NCBI GenBank assembly: GCA_964016885.1 | Contig: OZ024740.1 | Location: 105,524,001-105,588,000, forward strand | Reading direction: 5' to 3' | Source of the DNA: Eledone cirrhosa | Lineage: Eukaryota | Length of the DNA: 64,000 nt | Shown here: piece by piece, positions 12,352 through 23,454 of the stretch | How the letters are laid out: each line of letters starts with the position of its first letter | How positions within the stretch are numbered: position 1 is the stretch's first letter | Notes under the pieces: generated by a model | Told to the model about the DNA's origin: nothing | The model's input: the letters and a program-made list of their open reading frames with translations, nothing else | Database searches by the model: none | Made by a program: the position numbers and the translations under genes

Positions 12352-14333
12352 TTATATATATAAAAGCGAGGATGTGTGTGTGTCTGTGTACAACTTTGCA
12401 TGCATAACGCTTTCACAATTACCAACGAATTTGACCAAATTTTCTGTGCACAGGTCGCTAAGATTGTCACATCACAAACATTTTCAAATCGAGCCACGTT
12501 GAGCAATAAAAAATCGATATCAAAATTAGCGGTAGAAAAATTAATGTAAGGGGGATAAACATTATTGACAATCCTTATAAAAAGGGAGATAACCTTTTCA
12601 CCAAATATGCCCCGTAAAAGAAAGTATGCACATATTGGCTATCGTTCGAAGAAAACAATGCGTGTAAATGATGCTCCGTCGATAACCGAAAATAAACAAT
12701 TACTAAATGCGGTGAGTATAGTTATTGTTCGCCGATGAGCGTCGGTTAGCGCGGCGAACCAATAATGCTAAAGCAACTGCTGCAGCACAAGCTGCAGAGA
12801 CTACAGAGCAACGTGAAACACGCCTTGCTATGGGATGAGTGCACAATGGTGCACAAAGGTGCTCTTGGGGCACTAGACAGGTCTTTTCAAGACATACGGG
12901 ATTGCAGTGATGTTATGGGGGGTGTCACCCTTCTGCTATCAGGAGACTTCAGACAGACTCTTCCTATAATACCGAAAGGAACAAGAGCAGATACGGTAAA
13001 TGCATGTCTTAAGTCTTCACCATTGTGGCGACAAGTGACATCATTAAGACTAACTACCAACATGCGTGCAAGGTTGCATGGGGACCCTCTCTCATCAACA
13101 TTTTCTGGAGACATTCTTACAATAGGAGATGGTAACCTACCTCCGGATACAGATGGACACATAACAATTGATCACATCTGCAATGTAGTTGAAACTGTCG
13201 ATGATCTCAAGGCGAGTGTATTCCCGAACTTGCGTGATAACTATACGAATCTTGATTGGCTATGCGAAAGAGCCATTCTTGCACCCAAAAATATCACGGT
13301 TAGCTGTATTAACGATCAGCTTCTTCAGCTTCTTCCTGAATGTCCACGGATATATAAATCTACAGGATGCGGTCAATTATCCAGTTGAATTTCTAAATTC
13401 TTTAAATCCTCCTGGTTTACCTCCTAATACATTGGCTCTGAAAGAGGGAACACCAGTTATTTTGCTGAGAAATATCACTCATCCAAAACTATGTAATGGT
13501 ACATGCCTTGTGGTTAAAAAACTGTCTCCACTTAGTATTGACGCTACCATTCTATCCGGATGTGGAAAAGGCGAGGATGTGATAATAACAAAAATTAGCC
13601 TGACTACATCAGGCGTGGATACTCCCTTCTCCTTTCGCCGAACCCAATTTCCCCTTCGTGTTGCCTTTGCGATGTCCATAAACAAGTCGGAAGGTCAAAC
13701 TCTGTCCGTCGCTGGAATTCACTTGGATGAACCTTGCTTTTCGCACGGACAATTCTACGTTGCCTGCTCACGAGTTGGCAGTCGAGATGATCTGTGCGTT
13801 TGTTCCGAAAAGAAAAACAAAGAATATCGTCTATCCTGAAGTGCTTTAGTGTTAACAAAAAAACTTATTACAGCTCTGCCTTGACTTCACCTTACTCATT
13901 ACAAAACATACCAATGGATATGTCATGCAGGATATTTTGGATTATAAGTTAAAAATTTAACCATACACAGCAAAGGATGCTCTCAAAGCATAGAGTTTCT
14001 CCTATTCTACTCTCATTGTTTTTTTTTGTTTGTATACAACTCTGCTTTCATTACAACTTTTTGTACTTTAGCAAAACAGCCTGTTTTTTTTTATAGATTT
14101 GCAACGTGTATTGTCTTTAATTATTTGTATAACTACATCCTGTTCAGTATTTTCCTTCATTATCAGCATAGTTTTATGTGTACAAAGATTTTACTAAATA
14201 TTCGTTTGCATTAATTATTGAAGACTTCTGCTTATTTTGACAGGTTGGGGACAAATAATGTTCTTCTTTTACTTCCTAGCTGTATATTCTTAGCATAATT
14301 TCAAACCCCGAGCAACGCCGGGTAAATCTGCTA

Positions 14334-14334
<1 letters not shown>
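12352..14334 (+). mobile_element. Internally deleted Helitron with Pif1 helicase remnant
   Basis: 5' end TTATATATATAAAAGCGAGG. 3' hairpin CCCGAGCAACGCCGGG followed by CTAG|T at 14331-14334. Confidence 0.88.
12810..13840 (+). pseudogene. Helitron Pif1-family helicase domain (frameshifted at about 13365)
   Basis: Motifs LLWDECTM, LLSGDFRQTLPII, LTTNMR, RAILAPKN, LCNGT, QFPLRVAFAMSINKSEGQT and FSHGQFYVACSRV. Confidence 0.92.
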
Positions 14335-14381
<47 letters not shown>

Positions 14382-14385
<4 letters not shown>

Positions 14386-14570
14386 GTTTCTATTTTTTGG
14401 CACAAGGCCAGCAATTACCCAGTGCATTAGTGGTACTTTATTTTATCGACCCCGTAAGGATGAAAGGCAGAGTTAATCTCGGCGGGATTTGAACTCAGAT
14501 CATAAAGGGACGTAACTCTATGCTCCAAACATGGTGTCCGACTCTCTAACGATACTGCCAATCCACCGCC
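14382..14570 (-). mobile_element. Full-length tRNA-derived SINE
   Basis: On the minus strand: GGCGGTGGATTGGCAGTATCG (A box)...GAGTTCAAATCCC (B box)...TAGAAACAATTA. Confidence 0.88.
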
Positions 14571-15724
14571 ATATATATATATATATAGTAATAATAATAA
14601 ATTTGAAGACTAAAATCCAAAGAGGGCTCGATAAGGATAAATATATATATAATATATAAGAACCGTAGAGCAAATATTTATTAAAATAACAGATTAAAGT
14701 TTAAGCAAAGAATCGCTGCTTTCACCCTTAACGGGATCTTCTGAAACTAACAAAGTCAATCTGTAAACGCAGAAGGGGATATTTAAAAAAAACGTTGCAA
14801 CCGGAGGAAGACAGGAAGACGATACTTTGGTTCGTGTAAACGTTCCCTGGCAAAGAACGGGAAAAAAAGGAATATAATACGTCATTAATAGGAGCGGTGA
14901 AAAACAATTACGCGCAAAGACAGAACCACGTTTATGGTATAAAAGAGGTCGTAGACAAATGTTCTCTTAGGCGGTTCAAGAGACGTTCTCTGGCAATGAA
15001 AGAAAAAAACGAAGATAATACGTCATATGTGGAGTGTGGAGGTGGAGAACAATTGCACGCAAAGACAAAACCACGTAAATGGTATAGCTGAAGTCGTAGA
15101 CTAAAATTCTAACTAGGAGACCGAATAAATCTCCGCTTCAGAGTTAAGAACAAAGTAAATACATACAATACAGAGGTAATAGAAATTAAATAAATACATA
15201 CACGCATACAAATACGTACATACACAAGAATACGCGAAAACACTTACCATAGGTATACAAAACCACGCACATATAAATATGTGTGTGTGTGTATGCGTGT
15301 ATACAAATAAATAAATAATTAAATAAACGTATATAAATATATAAATAAATAAATACGTATATAACAAGTAGACACACATACCTACATGTAAATACACAAA
15401 TGTTCGGAGACGTAAGTCAGCCAGGACATGAAGTACACATATACACACACCCTACATACGTACGAACCTGCATACTCACACAGACGCAAAATTCCCGTAT
15501 ACACATAACCAAACCATATGTACCAGAATATATAAAATTATACGCCATATCATATACAATCAAATATACGTACGAGAAGGTATACGTACCTTCACAAAAC
15601 ATACAGGTAATATATACTTACCTATGCAAATAAGTAATGGTATAAACAAAACATATACTTAGCTACCACATCAAGACGTAAAATATCCACGTATAGATCG
15701 TACTACCCGTTAGGGTATAACGTG

Positions 15725-16988
15725 GGGCTGTAATACAGGAAAGTTTTGTGCAATTTATGTTTACAAGCCGAAATTGTCAGATTTTTTTGTTTAAGATGTG
15801 GTCTGTGGCGTAGAGTATTTCCAGGGCCTCAGCGGCGCAGAGGTCACATGGTCTTTTCTTTCCGTTATACGATCTAGCCCTATCTAGGATCTCCCAGTGT
15901 AACTTATATTGGGTGTGGTTGTCTTTTAGACTCCAGATATAAGCTGAAAGTGACGTCATATTCCTTCTTAGAGGGTAACGAAAAGAATGGGTATGCATGT
16001 AAAGACACTGCTTGAATCTATTGGCGGTTAACCCTATGTAGGCCCTACGGGACGTGGGTGTTACAACCTTACATTTGTAGACAATGTTACTAGAGAGGCA
16101 TTTCCCGGATAGGGGGCATTCAACCCGACTCCGACAATTACAGTTAGTACTAACTACAGGGTTGCACATGTTCCTACGGCTAGGTAGTTTAGCTAAATTT
16201 CAAGCTGTGATGTTATGTGCAAGGTCGTAGAGTAAGAAATTTTAATAGTATTTCTATTAAAAATTTTACTATATTTATGTGTAGGGGGAAAATGCTTCGT
16301 AATAAGGGAAAGAAAGATCTTAGCTAAAGGTGTGGCCACCTCCATATTATATGGTGGGTTATACCAACAAATGCGATGGGATCTATTTCTTCTAGGTCTA
16401 TTTTCGTACTCTGTATATGCTACCTTATCGACAAATCCACTCCGAGCAAGAGCTTCATTGTAATAAGTGGAATGGTCGTTGAGAATATGCTCGTTAGTAG
16501 ATAGACGGGAAAGCCTCAACGAAACGTTTCTTACCAGGTTCTTGGTTATGCTGGCAGGATGGTTGGAATGCTTACTTATGTAATTAAGCGTATCATTCGG
16601 CTTTCTATACGGGTAATACAACCCATTCAATAAATTGAGGGTAACGTCGAGGTAATTAACGACCGAGAGATTGGCCTCAACCTGTATAGAGAGGTTGAAG
16701 CCTTTAAAGAAGGCTGTGAGTTCTTTTCTGAACCTGTCGCAAGCACGAGGTCCGCACTTAGTTATGGTCAAAAGACCATCATCACGGTACAAACCACCGC
16801 CCGCGTTGGGGAATTCGTCCTTGATAGAGAAAAGAAGGAAAAGGCCGATAAGATCAGTAACCTCCGCAGAATCGCTAGCGCCCATACTCACATCGAATGG
16901 TGTACTATTGAATTTTTTAATCCAAATAGAGTCGTCGAAATTAATCACCGACTTACGGGCATTGAGGATGACATCAACTTCGAAATCC
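15725..16988 (-). pseudogene. PLE reverse transcriptase + Cys-rich linker + GIY-YIG endonuclease (Neptune/Nematis-like layout)
   Basis: Motifs FDVSMGASDSAE, GLYRDDGL, VNYLDVTL, YRKPN...SNHP, WYNPPY, IFNRNTIKISYS, CNCRSRVECPLSGKCL, NIVYKC...YIGLT and CDLC..E. Frameshifts occur near 16190 and 15780. Confidence 0.92.
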
Positions 16989-17613
16989 TGTAGGTATGTG
17001 TGTGTGCTTGTTATATACGTATTTATTTATTTATATATTTATATACGTTTATTTAATTATTTATTTATTTGTATACACGCATACACACACACACACACAT
17101 ATATATGTGTGCGTGGTTTTGTATACCTATGGTAAGTGTTTTCGCGTATTCTTGTGTATGTACGTATTTGTATGCGTGTATGTATTTATTTAATTTCTAT
17201 TACCTCTGTATTGTATGTATTTACTTTGTTCTTAACTCTGAAGCGGAGATTTATTCGGTCTCCTAGTTAGAATTTTAGTCTACGACTTCAGCTATACCAT
17301 CTACGTGGTTTTGTCTTTGCGTGCAATTGTTCTCCACCTCCACACTCCACATATGACGTATTATCTTCGTTTTTTTCTTTCATTGCCAGAGAACGTCTCT
17401 TGAACCGCCTAAGAGAACATTTGTCTACGACCTCTTTTATACCATAAACGTGGTTCTGTCTTTGCGCGTAATTGTTTTTCACCGCTCCTATTAATGACGT
17501 ATTATATTCCTTTTTTTCCCGTTCTTTGCCAGGGAACGTTTACACGAACCAAAGTATCGTCTTCCTGTCTTCCTCCAGTTGCAACGTTTTTTGAAATATC
17601 CACTTCTGCGTTT

Positions 17614-17689
17614 ACAGATTGACTTTGTTAGTTTCAGAAGATCCCGTTAAGGGTGAAAGCAGCGATTCTTTGCTTAAACTTTAATCTGT
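17614..17689 (+). ncRNA. Atypical extended hammerhead-like fold with CAGAAGA core (identical mirror at 14689-14764, -)
   Basis: ACAGATTGA CTTTGTT AGTTT-CAGAAGA-TCCC GTTAA GGGT-GAA-AGCAG CGATTCT TTGCT-T-AAACT TTAATCTGT, followed by AATAAA at the pLTR end. Confidence 0.6.
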
Positions 17690-17880
17690 TATTTTAATAA
17701 ATATATATCTATATCTTATATATATATATATATATATATATATAATGGCTTTCGTTTGTACTTTTATTTTCAAACAATAATTTTTTAAGGTTTGCCTTAA
17801 AATAAATTGTTTCTCGTTTCGCTTTGTTTTCGCTCATTGTCTACTCTTCTCTTTGTTAATCTTCTTAACTGTCTCTTCCC

Positions 17881-17943
<63 letters not shown>

Positions 17944-17951
17944 TCTCTCTC

Positions 17952-18055
<104 letters not shown>

Positions 18056-18059
18056 TTAA

Positions 18060-19169
18060 AGTATGATATATATATAAAGTAATAAGAATATTTATACTTA
18101 TATATGTTTAATATACAATTATAAAAATGGAGGGTAGTACTAAGTACTAGCCGGTTACCGTTATGACAAAAGACTCAATGCAAATTATCAAGTGTTTTAC
18201 CGAGCCGAGATACAAAGTGTTAAAAGAATCAAATCTTAGTGTAATACATTTATTTGCTGACAATTGTTTCTTCCAGAGGGAAGTCTGGAATCATCGGAGC
18301 ATAGGGAATGTCTAAAGAGGTGATTAATATCCTAGTCATTCAGAACATTTAGGTAGATACATAAGTGTTGTTAGTGTCATAAATATCATGTAGAGAATCA
18401 GGAGTTAAAAAGATGTTATGCTTGAGAGAATACTATTACAAGGAGCACTGGTTGAAAGTGTAAGAGGTACAAGCAAAAAGGACAGGCAAAAAAAGTTACA
18501 AGCAAGGGAAGACGTAAGATAGGATAGACATAAGATATAAGATATAAGATATCTTAGCAATGGAGATCAGGTAATGTTAAGGGTATATAATGCAGGAGTC
18601 AATACAATCAATAAGTCATGTATGAGGAAAGAGTTATATTACAGCTGAAATAAGCATATTTCATGTAGAATGTTAAAGCATGTTATATGTATTAGAAATG
18701 TTTAAAATGTGCTAGTCTAGTACTGTCTTGTCCAGTCTAATTCGGTGGAATTTACTTTTACCAAACACATACCTATTACCTATAAACAACTAAAAAAAAT
18801 TACATCTGAAACTAAAAAATTCTATGGTTAATAAATGTGAGTTATATATCTTTATACATCTATATATCTATATACGAACTACAATATAAAAATACATGAG
18901 TGAAAATTACCTACCCAATTCAATCACGTGCTTTGCATTACACCTCACATAACATATACCTATTTTATCACCACACGTCTCACTACCATATAGCACGCCA
19001 TTTTAAACATTTCTAACACTTATAACATACTTTAACATTCTACACGAAATATGCTTATTTCAGCTGTAATATAACTCTTTCTTCATACATGCCTTATTGA
19101 TTGTATTGACTCCTGCATTGTATACCCTTAACATTACCTGATCTCCAATTCTAAGATATCTTATATCTC
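18060..19169. mobile_element. Non-coding PLE 3' region with diverged inverted repeat (18540-18714 vs 18991-19169)
   Basis: The arms are reverse-complementary. AAGCATATTTCA..AGAATGTTAAAGCATGTT is shared with the 3' region of the PLE at 29085. Confidence 0.7.
18255..18301 (-). ncRNA. Type I hammerhead with U4C core (CCGAUGA), GUC site
   Basis: On the minus strand: TGCT-CCGATGA-TTCCAGA CTTCCC TCTGGAA-GAAA-CAATTG-TC-AGCA, then AATAAA. Confidence 0.8.
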
Positions 19170-19273
19170 ATAGCGTAGGTAATATTCCATTTAACCGAGA
19201 TAGAACGCTGGAGAGAAGAGATGTTATCATGGCCAGTCAAAACTGAGACATGATTTTTAATTCCCGAGGAAAG

Positions 19274-19335
<62 letters not shown>

Positions 19336-19338
<3 letters not shown>

Positions 19339-20250
19339 CGGCAGCAAAGGCCTACAGAAATGGAATGTCCCACTGCGGGCTTTGCAATATGGAGGTGTTC
19401 CATATTTTAAAGTATAACAAAATGCTGCTTAACAGCAAAATAGAACGGTCAATTTTCTATAGGCACAAAGCAGCTACTAAATTCGCAAATTTCAAACCAA
19501 CATGATTCGATCCAACAATCCCATAATTCAAGATTAGAGTCTATTATAATAACCCACTATTATTAACTGTCAATAGACCAACTAATCACTAAATCAACAT
19601 CATAATCTCCTAACCTTTCTTTCTTTCACTCGCTATCCCTAAAACTATTTCACCTCTTCCATTATATCCTATCGTGTTCTCTTCACCTCTCACCTAACTT
19701 CTAATTTATTAATTTAGCTTTTATATATTATTTATCATTATATTCTTTCTTCCTACTATAACCCTCTGTGATTTAACTAATACATATGTATATATTTAAT
19801 ATTTTCATATTAATAGTATTTATACCCTCATCACATCTTTATACTTACACACCACTATAACTTTAACCACCACCACCACCACCACTATTTTCAACAATCA
19901 TATTATGTTCATTTTTTTCACATATATATTTTTTTACTTATTTTTTCATGTTCATTCTAACTTATTTATTATTTTTTCTTTTTCTTTTTCTTTCTCGCTT
20001 TTTTCTTTTTTCTTTTTCTTTCTTTACTATTGATGTTGTTATTTGAATTCTCCTAGTATATTACAAACGCCGGGTGTAATTTTTGTCAGTTATTCTGATG
20101 ATTTGATTAGCATACATTGTATTTAAGATTGAGTGACACAACTTCAAATGATTAGCAATCTTTAGACACCCTAATCAATGAAACAATTGTTAATACTGTA
20201 AATAAAATCCTTTTTGTACTGTTGACCATGTTATTCTTCACTCTTTCACT
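19336..20250 (+). mobile_element. 5'-truncated PLE (end of GIY-YIG domain + 3' UTR + hammerhead)
   Basis: 19337-19500 reads SAAKAYRNGMSHCGLCNMEVFHILKYNKMLLNSKIERSIFYRHK, matching the CxLCxxE...LLN.K.E...RHK end of the other PLE ORFs. Flanked by (TA)n. Confidence 0.8.
20087..20198 (+). ncRNA. Hammerhead with long stem-II insertion
   Basis: CAGTTATT-CTGATGA-T TTGATTAG...(about 60 nt)...CTAATCAA T-GAAA-CAATTG-TT-AATACTG, then AATAAA. Confidence 0.75.
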
Positions 20251-20315
20251 ATATATATATATACATTTATATATACATTTATATATACATACATATATAC
20301 ATACATATATACATA

Positions 20316-20347
<32 letters not shown>

Positions 20348-20355
20348 CACACACA

Positions 20356-20452
<97 letters not shown>

Positions 20453-20454
<2 letters not shown>

Positions 20455-20868
20455 CAATGATATTAATAAATGGAAACTATATTTATAAAACCATATTTAT
20501 TCTATTATTTATATTTAAAGGGTACCACAATTTTGGTACGCACTCATCAGATAAAATATAAAGTTTGTTTTATAAATAGTGACATACCCAGGAATCTGAC
20601 CTTAACGGTTCAAGTTCCAGAACTTGAACCGTTAAGGTCTCATTTCTGAATATGTCACTATTTATAAAATAAACTTTATATTTCATCTGAAGAGAGCGTA
20701 CCAAATTTGTGGTACCCTTGAAATATATATAATAGAATAAATATGGTTTTATAAATATAGTTTCCATTTATTAATATCATTGATATTATACCCCAGAAAA
20801 CTTGTCAAGTGCTTCGAATCTGTTATAAATATATTTGTTGAATTAACAACAAATTAAATATCCCTTTG

Positions 20869-20946
<78 letters not shown>

Positions 20947-21104
20947 CAAAAAGATATTTAATTTGTTGGTAATTCAACAAATATATTTATAACAGATTCG
21001 AAGCACTTGACAAGTTTTCTGGGGTATAATATCAATGATATTAATAAATGGAAACTATATTTATAAAACCATATTTATTCTATTATATATATTTCAAGGG
21101 TACC

Positions 21105-21109
<5 letters not shown>
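20453..21109. repeat. Chained palindromes (centres about 20618 and in (TA)n about 20905) of a hammerhead-bearing PLE terminus
   Basis: 20453-20588 mirrors 20650-20786 around the hairpin GACCTTAACGGTTCAAGTTC CA GAACTTGAACCGTTAAGGTC. 20707-20875 mirrors 20938-21109. Confidence 0.88.
20681..20737 (+). ncRNA. Type I hammerhead (mutated mirror copy at 20500-20556, -)
   Basis: TTTCAT-CTGAAGA-GAGCGTACCA AATTTG TGGTACCCTT-GAAA-TATATA-TA-ATAGAA. Confidence 0.72.
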
Positions 21110-21156
<47 letters not shown>

Positions 21157-21161
<5 letters not shown>

Positions 21162-21278
21162 AAAAAAAGATGAAATCGAAAATGCAACTGGAGTCTTATT
21201 TAAAAAAAAAATAATATATATTTAAAAAAAAAAAATAAGACTCCAGTTGCATTTTCGATTTCATCTTTTTTTCTTTAT
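21157..21278. repeat. Short palindrome (about 45-bp arms) between (TA)n tracts
   Basis: AAAGATGAAATCGAAAATGCAACTGGAGTCTTATTT...AAATAAGACTCCAGTTGCATTTTCGATTTCATCTTT. Confidence 0.85.
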
Positions 21279-21334
21279 ACTTTCACTCGTGTAGGACACC
21301 TCGGTTATTTTTCATTTTGTAAAAAAAAACCCAC

Positions 21335-21440
<106 letters not shown>

Positions 21441-22184
21441 AAGACAACTTAAAAGATGGAAGCAATATGATTGTCGTCTCCACTCCAAAATAAACACATG
21501 TAATGTGGAACATTTTGAATCACACAGAAACACAAAGAATTTGCACTCCATATAATATTGATAAACATATTTACTTTTGAGATGTATATATTTTTGGTAA
21601 ATAACCAATAATAAAAAGAATAAGCAGATAATTGCAGAAATATTTTCCCATAAGTGTTTCACTTGCAATTATTTCTTGAAAATGCAATACTTTGGAAGCT
21701 TTCAATTAAAAGAGGACAGAAAACTATCACCAGCACCACTACCACTACCAGCAACAACAACAATAATAATAGCAACAGCAACATAAAGAAGCAAATTAAA
21801 TATATGCAGAACGATCGAAAATCTTATACACCAACAATCTTACAAATAGTATAAATACACCTATAATTGCTCTATTTGTGTAACGGAAAACATAAAAGCA
21901 AGAATAAAGATGTATATTAAATTTTATTTGAATAGAGAAACTGCGTCAATAAAATGGAGAAAATATATGGAAATATATAAGCGCAGTAAAACTAGAAACA
22001 AATTAGAATAGAATAGAAAAAAATATTCAATAAAAGAAGTGACTATTCCTGAGATTGAAGGAAATTGGGCTATCATACTTCCAATAGATGAACAGTGACA
22101 GTGGTTTCGTACAATCAGCAACTCAACAATATTTTCCAACGCTTTAACAAATAATGCTTAACACCAACTTCAAACACCAGGTTA

Positions 22185-22600
22185 ATAATTGTTTCTACTT
22201 TTGGCACAAGGCCAGCACTTATCCCAGTGTATTACTGATACTTTATTTTATCGACCCCGTAAGGATGAAAGGCAAAGTTAACCTCGGCGGGATTTGAACT
22301 CATACCATAAAGGGCCATAACTCTTTGCTACAAAGCATGGCGTCCAACCCTCTACCGATACTGCCAATCTACCAGCTTAATAATGGTTTCTGATTTATGG
22401 GCAAGGCCAACAATTTTTTGGGAGGGGAAATTGACGCCAGTGCGTAACTTGTACTTTATTTTATCGACCCAGTATGGACGGAAGGCAAAGCTAACCTCGA
22501 AAGGATTTGAATTTAGAACGTAAAGAGACGTACGTATTTATATGCCTCGAAATATATTGTCCGACGCTCTCCCGATACTACAAATCCATTGCCTTTACAC
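22185..22600 (-). mobile_element. Two adjacent SINE copies (22185-22376; older copy 22380-22600)
   Basis: Both contain ACTTTATTTTATCGACCC...GGCAAAG.TAACCTCG..GGATTTGAA. Confidence 0.85.
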
Positions 22601-23454
22601 CAGCTTAATAATAACAGTTTCCTGAAATTCCTGATTATTTCAAAAATTATCTAAACATCATAGGTAGTGTCTTTCATTAGAAACATGGCAACGAAAGCGA
22701 GGTAGCGTTGTGGTAGCGTAGTTTGCATATTTCCATGAACTTGCATGTCGAATGATTTACTTGGCTATCCCCGAGTTTGATCTTAATAGACACGTGTCTG
22801 TCATCACCTGGTTTCAATTCACCATTTCGTCCATGGCTAAGCGGATAAAATAAACCTGTGTAGAATGTCATCTAATGAGCTCTGCCGCATTTATGCTCAA
22901 AGAGTCTGTACCATGCTGAGTCCGCTCAAGTATTAAGTTAAGGGTAGAAGTATATGTAGAATACAATCCAATCACTTATAAAAAATATAATGGGATGACA
23001 GTTCCGCTAAACAAACAACTGGATCGTTCAGAGTTGAAACAAGATTGACGATACCCATAAATGTCTTAAAGGGATGACGTTGTAAAAGAGAAAGAGAAGA
23101 AGATTGGATTAGAAAAACACGGCGGTAGTTAATGTAAATATACATTTTCTGTTGACCATAATACAAATATTAGTTAAATCTACATGTACAGATCAATATA
23201 TTATATTCCGAGGCTATTTCTTGTTTACAGAAACGATTATTATTACTGTTTGTCTTTTTCGTTATACTTCAGCTTTGTTTCCATTTCTTGTCGAATGTCT
23301 TCCCGACACCTAGGGCAGAGAAACTTACTGCATACATTGATAAACCTTAAAAATATACACACCAGATTGTTCCCGTCACGCACTTTATATAGTTACACGT
23401 ATATCATTTGCTCTATATATGTGCATATTATCTGTTTAAAATCGTGTTTGCAAC

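Larger units (their letters stand above)
14674..17703 (-). mobile_element. 5'-truncated Penelope-like element with an inverted pLTR copy (about 715-bp inverted repeats at 14674-15386 and 16989-17703)
   Basis: RT and GIY-YIG coding sequence lies between near-identical inverted arms. The element sits in (TA)n. Confidence 0.92.

Noticed and set aside
17350-17400. SECIS candidate (ATGA...) in the pLTR, given that some PLEs encode selenoproteins
   Set aside because: No proper helix II, apical AA or GA quartet, and no conserved in-frame UGA at Cys positions in the ORF.
22677-22930. Possible host exon in unique sequence
   Set aside because: No convincing splice pair or recognisable protein motif.
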